In this document: piece by piece, positions 29,498-38,371 of the stretch
How the letters are laid out: each line of letters begins with the position of its first letter
How positions within the stretch are numbered: position 1 is the stretch's first letter
NCBI GenBank assembly: GCA_030408475.1
Contig: JAUHQG010000039.1
Coordinates: forward strand, 76 to 64,075
DNA from: Candidatus Amphrikana amoebophyrae
GTDB taxonomy: Bacteria > Chlamydiota > Chlamydiia > Chlamydiales > JACRBE01
Direction: 5' to 3'
DNA: 64,000 nucleotides
Notes under the pieces: generated by a model
Seen by the model: only the letters and a program-made list of their open reading frames with translations
Told to the model about the DNA's origin: nothing
The model's database searches: none
Program-made: the position numbers and the translations under genes

Positions 29498-31036
29498 CTA
29501 TTCAATTATTTTTTTCATCATTTTTTTTAGCGTTTTACTCGTCACAATTTCTTCCACTGTAGGGCGCAATCGGTAGGTCCAATTAGTAGGAAGAACCATG
29601 CCAGGTCGATTAATCCTCTCATCATCAGGACATTCCCAAACTAATTTTGGGAAAAGTGCTAAATACTCTTGGAGTAAGTTGATATGAAATCTCGAGTTCG
29701 TATGGTGAGCATCAGTTAATATTTTTTCTCGCATAGTTTTTGTTAGCTTTTTTTTATATGGCATATCAAAAGCTTTGCAAAAAGCTTTTGCTTCATCAGG
29801 AAAATCACGAAACCATTGAGTTAAAGTTTCTGAGTCGTGAGTAGATAGGGTGCAGTAACTTCCCTTTTTGTACTTATCATATGGGATAAATTCGCCTGTT
29901 GTTTTAAATATTTCCCACCGAACAACTATCGTTCGATCAATTCCTAGAGTGTCTAAACTTTTTGATACACTTGCAGGTGTTGGCATCGAACCTAAATCTT
30001 CACCAATGGGGTGCATATGTGTAAATTTTAACAGAGCTTTTAATGAGCAATGGCCCAATTTTGTGAATTTTTTTTCATCGCTTGGAATAAATTCCCCTTT
30101 AATAGCAAGTTGACGAGGAGGTATAGCCCAAATTCGATAAAATCCAATCACATGATCTATTCTAAATATGTCATAAAAATTTTCAGCATATTTTAATCTT
30201 CGATCCCACCAACGATAGTTATCAGCTTTTAACTCTTTCCAATCATAAATAGGGAATCCCCAATATTGTCCATCTTTGTTAAATTCATCAGGTGGTGCAC
30301 CTGCTGCATATTTCATATTGAAAAAGCGGCGATAAAACCATACATCGACACTTTCTGGACTAATTAAAATGGGAATATCACCCATTATCATAACCCCTTT
30401 GGAATGAGCATGCCTTTTAACGATGAGCAGTTGGTTATAGCAAATGTATTGAACAAAGAAATGAAACTCAATTTCATCATCATGCAATTCATAAAGTTCT
30501 TTTACAGTTGTTGGAGATGGGTTTTTAAGTTCATCAGGCCATTTTTTCCAAGAAGATAGATTTTGAGTTTCTTTCAATGTTTTAAATAGAGCGTATCTTT
30601 TAATCCAAGGATACTTGTTTTTATATGCTATGAATGATTCATCACTTTGATATAGCACCTTAGTTTGAGAATAATAGAGTCTTAAAAAGTCCATTTTCAT
30701 TCTTAACACATCGTCGTATTGAACTCGCTGCTCTTTATTATATGGTATAAACTCTGTTAGTTTCTCTTGAAGATTGGGATGATCGGAGAGCTGTTCAAGA
30801 GCGTGTAAAGAGATATATATGGGATGCAATGCAATAGAAGAGAGGGCATTATATGGGCTGGAGTCATAACCAGTGTCGTTGATAGGTAGAAGTTGGATAA
30901 TATCCATATTAATTTCTTTGACCCAATCTATCATGGGGATCAAGTCATAAAATTCACCCACCCCGCAGCTATTTATGGAGCGAAGGCTTGCAAGGGGCAG
31001 GTTAATACCGTTAAATCGATCTTTTTCAAAGTTCAT
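29498..31036 (-). CDS. malQ: 4-alpha-glucanotransferase (amylomaltase, GH77)
   Basis: GH77 motifs are GVGEFYDL, LPINDT, FRIDHVIGF, GEDLG and STHDS. Confidence 0.9.
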   Translation of the reverse strand: MNFEKDRFNGINLPLASLRSINSCGVGEFYDLIPMIDWVKEINMDIIQLLPINDTGYDSSPYNALSSIALHPIYISLHALEQLSDHPNLQEKLTEFIPYNKEQRVQYDDVLRMKMDFLRLYYSQTKVLYQSDESFIAYKNKYPWIKRYALFKTLKETQNLSSWKKWPDELKNPSPTTVKELYELHDDEIEFHFFVQYICYNQLLIVKRHAHSKGVMIMGDIPILISPESVDVWFYRRFFNMKYAAGAPPDEFNKDGQYWGFPIYDWKELKADNYRWWDRRLKYAENFYDIFRIDHVIGFYRIWAIPPRQLAIKGEFIPSDEKKFTKLGHCSLKALLKFTHMHPIGEDLGSMPTPASVSKSLDTLGIDRTIVVRWEIFKTTGEFIPYDKYKKGSYCTLSTHDSETLTQWFRDFPDEAKAFCKAFDMPYKKKLTKTMREKILTDAHHTNSRFHINLLQEYLALFPKLVWECPDDERINRPGMVLPTNWTYRLRPTVEEIVTSKTLKKMMKKIIE

Positions 31037-31503
31037 GTTTTAAGTCCCATTTCTATTGAGTGAGGTGAGTCATCAGTTGGCTCTGCCAAAGAGTCATCGG
31101 GGTGTGTTTTCCCCCCTTTGATTGATTGTCTCCAAAGGTAGGCTCTCTCAGAAAAGCGCTTGAGATATTCGACAAAATCAGTAGGACTATTTATGCTTGC
31201 GAGCAAGATTTTATCGTGCATTACAAGCATATTGATCTTAGGTAAATAGCTAAAAATCCCCACTTGCTTATTGAGGTAGTCATTTGCTCGCAAAATATCA
31301 AGGACAGCTTTTTCTCTAAATTTCCCAGGGGGCAGCTCAATCACTTGACAAGCGATAATTAAAAAAGTATCAGTGGAGTCCATTTCTAATTGTACTTCGA
31401 TAGTTTCGTTGATCTCTATGCGACAAACTCTCATTTCATCTGCATGAAGGGTGGTGTCGAGCTCATCACCGAGTTCTATAAGCATCTCTTCAAATCTGGC
31501 CAT
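31033..31503 (-). CDS. scc1: Type III secretion chaperone (CesT/SycE family, Scc1-like)
   Basis: The 156-aa acidic protein has a CesT-like pattern. It lies immediately downstream of copN and overlaps malQ by 4 nt, as in the chlamydial copN-scc1-malQ arrangement. Confidence 0.65.
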   Translation of the reverse strand: MARFEEMLIELGDELDTTLHADEMRVCRIEINETIEVQLEMDSTDTFLIIACQVIELPPGKFREKAVLDILRANDYLNKQVGIFSYLPKINMLVMHDKILLASINSPTDFVEYLKRFSERAYLWRQSIKGGKTHPDDSLAEPTDDSPHSIEMGLKT

Positions 31504-32681
31504 TAATCGTCATCCTCATCATCATCTTCATCTTCGTCAATCATATCTTCAAGCTCACTTAAAGTGTCTAAAAGAGCAAGCAACATATCATGTCGATGTT
31601 TTTCTGATTTAAATAGTCTTGGAGAAACGGCACGTATAGCATCACGATATTGAGTAAATATGATAATTTGAGCCAATTCTTCATCACTTATACCAAGCAT
31701 CACGCCAAGCTTTAAAATTTTGTCAGCTGAAGGGTATCGTTCCATGAGCATCTTTACAAATTGCTTAGAGAGCAGTTCGAAGGTAAGTCTAGGAGGGAGA
31801 TCGAGATCATTGCGACCAAACATTTGAACAATCATGGCCATTCTGGCGCTAAAAAAACTAAAAACACCTAAAATAGACTGCATAGTTCTAGCGCTGGCAA
31901 ATAGTCGTTGTAAAAGTTGAGGGGGAATGGAAGGCCCTTTAGCTTTCATGTCAGAGCCAAGAGAGTGGAGAATGAATTTGATGACAGTGGACATTTTTTC
32001 GAAGTTAAATTTTTTGGAAAGGTCATCAAAAAGATCGGCTGGCTCTTTAGGGTTTCCAGTTATTTCTCTATACAGATCACGCAATGCGGTAGGAGATCCC
32101 AGCCCTTTAGTTGAGAATTCACGAGCTTCAGTGGACATATTGCGTCCTGCTTTAATTTCTCTTTCATAAAGCGAGTTTAGTTGAGCTCGAGCTTCGTAGA
32201 GTTTTCGACCAATCGTGGAGTTTTGAGGGGTATTGTTGACGAGGTGATCGAGGGCATCATCGGCGAGATATTCATCAGGATAGGCAGATAACACTTTATT
32301 CATAATAGTATCGATATCGTCTTCAGGGTTAATGCTTCCCTTTAACATTTTTAAGACATTATCATTGAGCTCAGGGTGGCCATCGGTGAGAGTTTCAGAG
32401 GACTCAGTAACATCTTCGATGAGCATCATTTCGGGATCCTCTTTTTCCTCAGTTTTCTCTTTTTTGTAGTCCTTTTTGAGCTTTTCTTCGAGCTCTTTGA
32501 ACTTTTTCATCATTAAAGAGGGGGTAAAAGCGTAGGTGTCGACCCATTCAGAGAATTCACTTTTAGCTGCAACTTGTTGGGCAAGAAGAGTTTTGGATGT
32601 TTTTTGAGCATCCTTCATTTGGGCATGTAATTTAGATGCGTCTAAATTAACAGAGGAGATGGGGGCAATTTGATCATCCAT
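31503..32681 (-). CDS. copN: T3SS gatekeeper CopN (SctW/YopN-TyeA family)
   Basis: Several blocks match my recollection of C. trachomatis CopN. ALDHLVNNTPQNS matches ALDYLVQTTPPSQ. LRDLYREITGNP matches LRSLYLEVTGDT. KAKGPSIPPQLLQRL matches KRQGPYVPSAQLQVL. Synteny also supports the call. Confidence 0.8.
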   Translation of the reverse strand: MDDQIAPISSVNLDASKLHAQMKDAQKTSKTLLAQQVAAKSEFSEWVDTYAFTPSLMMKKFKELEEKLKKDYKKEKTEEKEDPEMMLIEDVTESSETLTDGHPELNDNVLKMLKGSINPEDDIDTIMNKVLSAYPDEYLADDALDHLVNNTPQNSTIGRKLYEARAQLNSLYEREIKAGRNMSTEAREFSTKGLGSPTALRDLYREITGNPKEPADLFDDLSKKFNFEKMSTVIKFILHSLGSDMKAKGPSIPPQLLQRLFASARTMQSILGVFSFFSARMAMIVQMFGRNDLDLPPRLTFELLSKQFVKMLMERYPSADKILKLGVMLGISDEELAQIIIFTQYRDAIRAVSPRLFKSEKHRHDMLLALLDTLSELEDMIDEDEDDDEDDD

Positions 32682-32741
32682 ATTCTCACTCTTGCCTTAT
32701 CCTCTATAAAAAGTAAATAGGGAGGTGTAGGAATAAGTCTA

Positions 32742-33932
32742 TTATTTAACAAGACTGATTTTGTTATCTTTTATAACATAGAAATAGTTTATGAAAAATG
32801 CTATATAACTACATAAAATTATTACAGTGGCCATAGGTAAACAATTAAATTTCATTAAATATACACCTACCCACCCCATAAATGCTCCAAATATCATTTT
32901 AGAGAAATACATTAATGAAAAAGCATGATTTATGCTCTGTTTTATATTTTGTATTGCTAGTATTTGACAAAACGAAAGCATAAGTCCTATTCCGAATAGT
33001 AAAATAAACATAGGTAGAATAAAAAGAAATATATTAGGGGCGTAAGACATAGAAAAAATAAACAATAGACTAGAACCTATGAGAGTGATTATGAGGCTAT
33101 AGTGGATAAGAATTTGAGGTGAGGTTTTTTTATTAAAAAATCTACCTAGAAGAGAACCAAGGACAAAACCAATCATTGCCAAAGAGTGAAAGAGCGAAAA
33201 ATTAGTCGTGGTGAGTGAGAAAAAATTGATACATATAAAAGATGTAGAGGATAAATAGGTAAAAAAACTAGCCCATCCTAAAGTAATAATTGAAGTGTAG
33301 ACTCTAAAGTTGTAATCACAGGCAATGTTAAAGTACTCTTTGATATTACTTTGGGTAGAAGATATTTCAGGAGTATGGTTTTGAATACACAAACAAATCA
33401 GAACAAATAATAATAAACAAAATAGCGCTAGAAATAGAAAATTAGCTCTCCAATCAAAATAAGATATAAAAAGACTTCCTAAAGGAGGTGCAATGATTGT
33501 TGTAAGCCCCATTCCTAAAAACATAGCTGATAATAAGTTCGATAACCGATGTGGTTTACTGTATGTTTGTTTTGCAATTACTCGACTAACAATACTACCG
33601 CAACAGCCACCAAAAGATTGCAAAATTCTTCCGATGATAAAAATAGTGAGATTTTGAGAAAAAAAACAAAGTAAAGATGCCATTATATAAAGAGAAAACC
33701 CAATGAGAATTAACTTTTTATTTCCCAATTTTTTTGCTAATGGTGCACAAAGTAACATTGAGAGAGCAAACCCTACAAAATATAAACTCAAGGTGAGCTG
33801 AATTTGTTCAGATCTAGATTCAAATGTCACCATTAGCTTTGGTAAAGCAGATAGGTATAAGTCAGAAGAAAATACAGAAAGACAAACACATAAAATAAGT
33901 ATGAAATCAAGGGTTTTAGTTTTTATACTCAT
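32742..33932 (-). CDS. MFS transporter (Bcr/CflA-like efflux type, 12 TM)
   Basis: The 396-aa protein has about 12 hydrophobic segments. The motif GRILQSFGGCCGSIVSRVI follows TM4, as in drug/metabolite:H+ antiporters. Confidence 0.8.
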   Translation of the reverse strand: MSIKTKTLDFILILCVCLSVFSSDLYLSALPKLMVTFESRSEQIQLTLSLYFVGFALSMLLCAPLAKKLGNKKLILIGFSLYIMASLLCFFSQNLTIFIIGRILQSFGGCCGSIVSRVIAKQTYSKPHRLSNLLSAMFLGMGLTTIIAPPLGSLFISYFDWRANFLFLALFCLLLFVLICLCIQNHTPEISSTQSNIKEYFNIACDYNFRVYTSIITLGWASFFTYLSSTSFICINFFSLTTTNFSLFHSLAMIGFVLGSLLGRFFNKKTSPQILIHYSLIITLIGSSLLFIFSMSYAPNIFLFILPMFILLFGIGLMLSFCQILAIQNIKQSINHAFSLMYFSKMIFGAFMGWVGVYLMKFNCLPMATVIILCSYIAFFINYFYVIKDNKISLVK

Positions 33933-33944
33933 GATTTTAGAAGG

Positions 33945-35291
33945 TTAGTATGCATCTTCTTTTAATATTGAAGAAATTATAGAATCATTGATTTGGCTAA
34001 TTTCAACTTGGGAATTTGATTTAAAGTACTTAAGAAGAATTTGATCTTCAAGTAAAATAAAGCAACAAGGAATTCCTTTTTTGTCTGCATAGCTGAGCTC
34101 TTTTTTCAGTTTGGTATTTTCGCCGGTATACAAATCAACTTTTAGACCGTGTTGTCTCAATTCTTCAGCTAATTTTATCGCTTTTGGGATATCCTCTTTT
34201 TTTTCATAAGCAACCATGCAATTAGCAATGCTTTTGCGTTTTAGTTCTTGATTACTTCTGGTTATCATAATATCAAACAATCTTGTTAGTCCGATCGATG
34301 CGCCAACTCCATTAATATCAAGGCAACTTTGATTGAATTCGCCAATTAAATTAGAATAGCGACCTCCACTTGCAATACTTCCAATAGACTCTTTTCCTAC
34401 TAAGTGAGATTCGAAAACAACTCCAGTATAGTAATTTAATCCCCTAATAATTCGAGGTTTAAATTGAAATAGATCAGGGTTTATTTTTGTTGAAATCAAT
34501 AGGTTATATAAATTTTTTAATTCAGTAACCCCTGCTTGTATAAGAGGGTGATGGTGAGCAAATTTGTTTGAGAATTCTTCAAGAGAACCTTCAAATAAGA
34601 ACGAATCGATTAGATTTTCAATTTGCTTTTTAGTAATCTGATACTCGTCTAATTTTTCTACAATATCTGTGACAATTTCAGAAGCGCTGCATTTATCAAG
34701 CTTATCGATAGAAATACAAACATCAGCAAATTTCTCTTTTGGTATTTCAAAACTATTAATCAATCCTGTAGCAATAGACATATGGTTAATAGAGAGAGTA
34801 AATGCGCCAACATTTAAACGGCTGAGTGTGTTGATAATGCATTTAATACATTCATAGTCGGATAGAATAGACATGTTACGATCTATAATATCGATATCAG
34901 CTTGAATAAACCCTCTAAATCGACCAGCTTGAGCCCTTTCTCCTCTGAACGAAAGTTCAAGATCGGATCTCTTTAATGGGAAGGTAATAGCGCCAACTCT
35001 TTGAGCTACCCATAAGGCAAAAGGAACTGTATGATCATAAGGAAGGCCTAATTTTATACTGCCTGTTCCATCAAATCTAGCAAGAGCATACACTTGATTT
35101 CCAATACCACCTTTCATAAGGTGTTCTTTTTTCTCTACAGGTCTAAGACTAAATCGAGTGAAGCCAAATTCTTCAAAAGTTGTGTTAACTATTGTTTTCC
35201 AGCGATTTATTTCAAAATGCTCTTGCTCACTATAGTCAGTAAACCCAGTAATAGAGGAAGGTTTTGGGAGTGGGTTTTCAGATTTAGTCAT
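33945..35291 (-). CDS. hisS: Histidine--tRNA ligase of archaeal/eukaryal sequence type, with anticodon-binding domain
   Basis: Class II motifs are FRGERAQAGRFRGFIQADIDII (motif 2), RGLNYYTGVVFE and SGGRYSNLIGEF...GVGASIGLTRL (motif 3). LPYDHTVPFALWV resembles LRYDLTVPFARY of eukaryal/archaeal HisRS rather than the bacterial LRPEGT. The C-terminal alpha/beta anticodon-binding domain is present. Confidence 0.8.
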   Translation of the reverse strand: MTKSENPLPKPSSITGFTDYSEQEHFEINRWKTIVNTTFEEFGFTRFSLRPVEKKEHLMKGGIGNQVYALARFDGTGSIKLGLPYDHTVPFALWVAQRVGAITFPLKRSDLELSFRGERAQAGRFRGFIQADIDIIDRNMSILSDYECIKCIINTLSRLNVGAFTLSINHMSIATGLINSFEIPKEKFADVCISIDKLDKCSASEIVTDIVEKLDEYQITKKQIENLIDSFLFEGSLEEFSNKFAHHHPLIQAGVTELKNLYNLLISTKINPDLFQFKPRIIRGLNYYTGVVFESHLVGKESIGSIASGGRYSNLIGEFNQSCLDINGVGASIGLTRLFDIMITRSNQELKRKSIANCMVAYEKKEDIPKAIKLAEELRQHGLKVDLYTGENTKLKKELSYADKKGIPCCFILLEDQILLKYFKSNSQVEISQINDSIISSILKEDAY

Positions 35292-35313
35292 AATATTGCC
35301 TTAAAAATAGAGT

Positions 35314-36933
35314 TCATACAAGTGAATTATATAACGAAATGCCACTAGTTGTATATAGGGATCCAGATTCTAATATTTTAGAATTGATTTCATATTTTTT
35401 AGCAAAATTTTCCTCCGAAGGGAATGGTGCATGACTATGTTGCTCTTGAACGCTTTGAAAAATAATTTCAGAAAGTAAAGAAGAAGGGATTGACTTACCT
35501 TTATTTAAGATTTGCCTTCTTGATAAGGAGTATGCTTGCATTGAAGTCGTTAAATAAATAGTAAGAAGTTGGTTCATGAGATCAATTTGATCTAAAAGTT
35601 TATGAGCAGCAGTAGCGCCATAACTAACTAAATCTTCAGATTCATTCGCACTTGTAATATTATAGGTAGATACTGGCTGTGCCATCATACAAATCTTTTG
35701 TGCTAAAGAATTAGCTGTGTATTGTGGGATCATGTAACCAGATAGTAATCCTTTTTTTTCCTCTTGGTGAATAAGGTAAGTGGGTAAGGTGTTTTTATTT
35801 CTAAATGGGTTTAGCATGTAAGTTAGGTGACGCTCCAATGTCAAAGCAATTTTAGCATTGGCTGCACATATTGTATCAGCTATTGTAGAAAGAATTTCCC
35901 CATGGAAGTTGCCTCCTGAAATGACTACCCAATCTTCATTTTGAAAAGATATTTTTCTTTTATTACTAACATCAGCAGATATTTCATTTTCTAAAAAGAG
36001 TAATGGGTTGTCAGTAATGGCATCTAGTTCAGCATTTACTTTTGCTTTTTGTTCTAAAATGATTTCAATTCGGGGACCAAAAATTTGAGGAAGACAACGA
36101 ACGCAATAATCATCTTGAACTCCTGTATGATTGATAAAAGGAGAGTTTTTAAATTGTCGTGATATTAAATCAGCTACAATTGTTTGCCCCGTTTGTTTAC
36201 GTGCAAGTTGTAAGCAGCTATAAAAAGAAGCGTCGATAGCTCCTATTGAATTTAGGAAAAGGCCAAGAACTGAAAATAAGTTATTTAGTAAATTGATTTG
36301 TCTTTGATATCCAATTGCTATCATTGATGCCATAAAGGCAGTGCCATTAGTCAGAGCTAGCCCTTCTTTGGCTTTTGGTGAAAACGGTTTTATACCAGCT
36401 CTCTGAAGAGCTAATTTGGCAGAAATTATTTCACCATTATATTCAACAGGCACATCATTTCCTTGCATAGCTTGTCCCAGTCTAGCTAAATTAGCTAAGT
36501 CCCCACTAGCTCCAAGTGAACCGGTTTCAGGAATAATAGGTATAACTCTTGCATTAATCATGTCAAGTAAGGTTTGCAAACTAGACGTCTGAAAGCCCGA
36601 ATTACCTTTTGATAGTGAGTTGGCTCTAATTATCATCGCACCCAAAACAACATCAGTTGGAAAAGGTTTTCCTATTCCTGCATCATGACTAGAAATAATA
36701 TTTATAGAGAGTTCTGCTGCTAAATGTGGGGCAACAGCACAATCTCTTAAGTCGGCAAATCCAGTAGTTAATCCATATACTTTAATATTATTATCCAAAA
36801 GGTGTTGGATGAAATATCTAGTTTTATCTAGTCTTTGAACACACTTATCAGATATTTTAATTTTCTCATCAGAATAGACAAGTTTTAGAAAATGTTTAAG
36901 GTCCAAGATATGTTCGTTTCCAAAAGTGGCCAT
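35314..36933 (-). CDS. hutH: MIO-dependent ammonia-lyase/aminomutase family protein, histidine ammonia-lyase-like
   Basis: The MIO triad sits in GSLGASGDL (Ala-Ser-Gly at nt 36502-36510). The substrate-selectivity position reads SSHDAG (Ser-His as in HAL, not FL/HL of PAL/TAL). I chose the start at MATFG (ATG 36933), preceded by AAGGA. The longer ORF overlaps the permease gene. Confidence 0.85.
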   Translation of the reverse strand: MATFGNEHILDLKHFLKLVYSDEKIKISDKCVQRLDKTRYFIQHLLDNNIKVYGLTTGFADLRDCAVAPHLAAELSINIISSHDAGIGKPFPTDVVLGAMIIRANSLSKGNSGFQTSSLQTLLDMINARVIPIIPETGSLGASGDLANLARLGQAMQGNDVPVEYNGEIISAKLALQRAGIKPFSPKAKEGLALTNGTAFMASMIAIGYQRQINLLNNLFSVLGLFLNSIGAIDASFYSCLQLARKQTGQTIVADLISRQFKNSPFINHTGVQDDYCVRCLPQIFGPRIEIILEQKAKVNAELDAITDNPLLFLENEISADVSNKRKISFQNEDWVVISGGNFHGEILSTIADTICAANAKIALTLERHLTYMLNPFRNKNTLPTYLIHQEEKKGLLSGYMIPQYTANSLAQKICMMAQPVSTYNITSANESEDLVSYGATAAHKLLDQIDLMNQLLTIYLTTSMQAYSLSRRQILNKGKSIPSSLLSEIIFQSVQEQHSHAPFPSEENFAKKYEINSKILESGSLYTTSGISLYNSLV

Positions 36934-36947
36934 TAATTTTTTCCTTT

Positions 36948-38171
36948 TTAATGTTTTATTAAATGTATGGTTTCTAAAACTATGCATAAGATAGCCATTA
37001 AACATAGGGAGGCAAGGACTATTTTATTTCGATAAAATTTGTTATCGCATTTTAATTTTAAAAAATAATATCCAGACCAAACGAGCAAAACAGGCAGTAT
37101 ACCATTTAAGTAAGCTTCGCCAAATCCACCAGCGATAGATAAAGCTTTCGAAAAAAGATTGGGGTTAATTAAAAAGCAAATAAAGGTAGGGATAAAAATA
37201 AGGGCAGATCTTAGTTCTTTTGAAATGTTTACGTTCAATATTTTAAATCCATCTTTTAAAAAATCCATCAAAGATAAGCTAACACCAAGTAAAGATGTTA
37301 ATAAAGCAAATAATGAAAAGTAATTAGTAAGGAGTAATAAGATTGGGCTTATATTATTGAATTTTAAAGCTTGCGTAGCAATTTCTCCATTATTACGAGC
37401 TTCTAATAATGACTCAACAGAAGTAGTTTTAATAAAGAAATATTGCCATGACACATATATAACTGTTACTATAATAGTTCCTGTAATAATCGAGAATCTC
37501 AAAGATTTTTTGTCTTTATCTAGGTACTCAACTAACGAAGGGATAACATTGTGAAAACCAAAGGCCCCAAATAAAATAGGAACAGCAAATGCGGCTGTTT
37601 TAAAGCTAGATGAGTGAAGTTGTTTCATGGGAATTGAATTTAATCCAAAGTAGATGACAAAAACAAATGTAACAGCCATTGCAATGGACAAAACTGCATT
37701 TACTCGGCTGATGGATTCAGCTCCTTTTGAAACAAGAATCCCAATGATTATTACAAAAATAAGTGAAGTGAAAAATGAGTTAATATCTATTTGCAGAAAT
37801 TCGAAAAAATGGGTTAGAAAGGGTATGCCTGCAGAAATATAGGCGATCACAAGACAGTAATATAAAAATATGAACATAAAACCTGAAAAGTAACAAGTTT
37901 TTCGGCCTATTAATTTTTCAGTGAGAGATAAAATATTAGATCCTCTGGGCATCCATAAACAAGCTTCTAGAAAAAGGAGACCAGATATCATCATAAAAAT
38001 AGCTACTGCAATAGTTATAAGACATGCTGGATAAAAACCAGATTCTCCTGTTACAAGTGGGATGCCTAGCATTCCAGCACCTACAGAAGTTCCAACTATC
38101 ATGAGTACACTCGCTCCTACTCTAAACCATTGGGATCGTATTGCTAAGGGGTAGGTTTTAGTAGAATTCAT
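36948..38171 (-). CDS. Hydroxy/aromatic amino acid permease (HAAAP; TyrP/Mtr/TnaB-like)
   Basis: The protein has 11-12 TM segments. The N-terminal signature is MIVGTSVGAGMLGIPLVTGESGF. Confidence 0.8.
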   Translation of the reverse strand: MNSTKTYPLAIRSQWFRVGASVLMIVGTSVGAGMLGIPLVTGESGFYPACLITIAVAIFMMISGLLFLEACLWMPRGSNILSLTEKLIGRKTCYFSGFMFIFLYYCLVIAYISAGIPFLTHFFEFLQIDINSFFTSLIFVIIIGILVSKGAESISRVNAVLSIAMAVTFVFVIYFGLNSIPMKQLHSSSFKTAAFAVPILFGAFGFHNVIPSLVEYLDKDKKSLRFSIITGTIIVTVIYVSWQYFFIKTTSVESLLEARNNGEIATQALKFNNISPILLLLTNYFSLFALLTSLLGVSLSLMDFLKDGFKILNVNISKELRSALIFIPTFICFLINPNLFSKALSIAGGFGEAYLNGILPVLLVWSGYYFLKLKCDNKFYRNKIVLASLCLMAILCIVLETIHLIKH

Positions 38172-38232
38172 TTAAACTTCCTTGATTTTTAGTAATAACG
38201 GGCTTCATGAAAGTATAGATGGTTATAGAAGC

Positions 38233-38261
38233 TTGACAGAATAATATTTTAGATGTATGTT
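38233..38261 (+). promoter_or_regulatory. Candidate sigma-66/70-type promoter for the 325-aa ORF + desulfurase pair
   Basis: TTGACA (38233-38238) is followed by a 17-nt spacer and TATGTT (38256-38261), about 110 nt upstream of the ATG at 38372. This is a pattern match only. Confidence 0.25.
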
Positions 38262-38371
38262 TTTTTGCTTTAAAATATTAGATGATGTTCTTGAATATAG
38301 TCTAGTAAAAAGATAGTTTGTCTTGTTTAAGTTAAAAAATCCATTCTGAAATAGTAACTTTTCAAAGGTGT

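Noticed and set aside
31506-31538. Poly-acidic C-terminal tail of CopN (DEDEDDDEDDD)
   Set aside because: This is a compositional feature with no basis for a functional claim. A similar acidic tail is present on CdsU.
36934-37005. N-terminal 24 codons of ORF 35314..37005 (MFNGYLMHSF...)
   Set aside because: They overlap the 3' end of the permease gene and have no HAL homology. The ATG at 36933 has an AAGGA ribosome-binding site.
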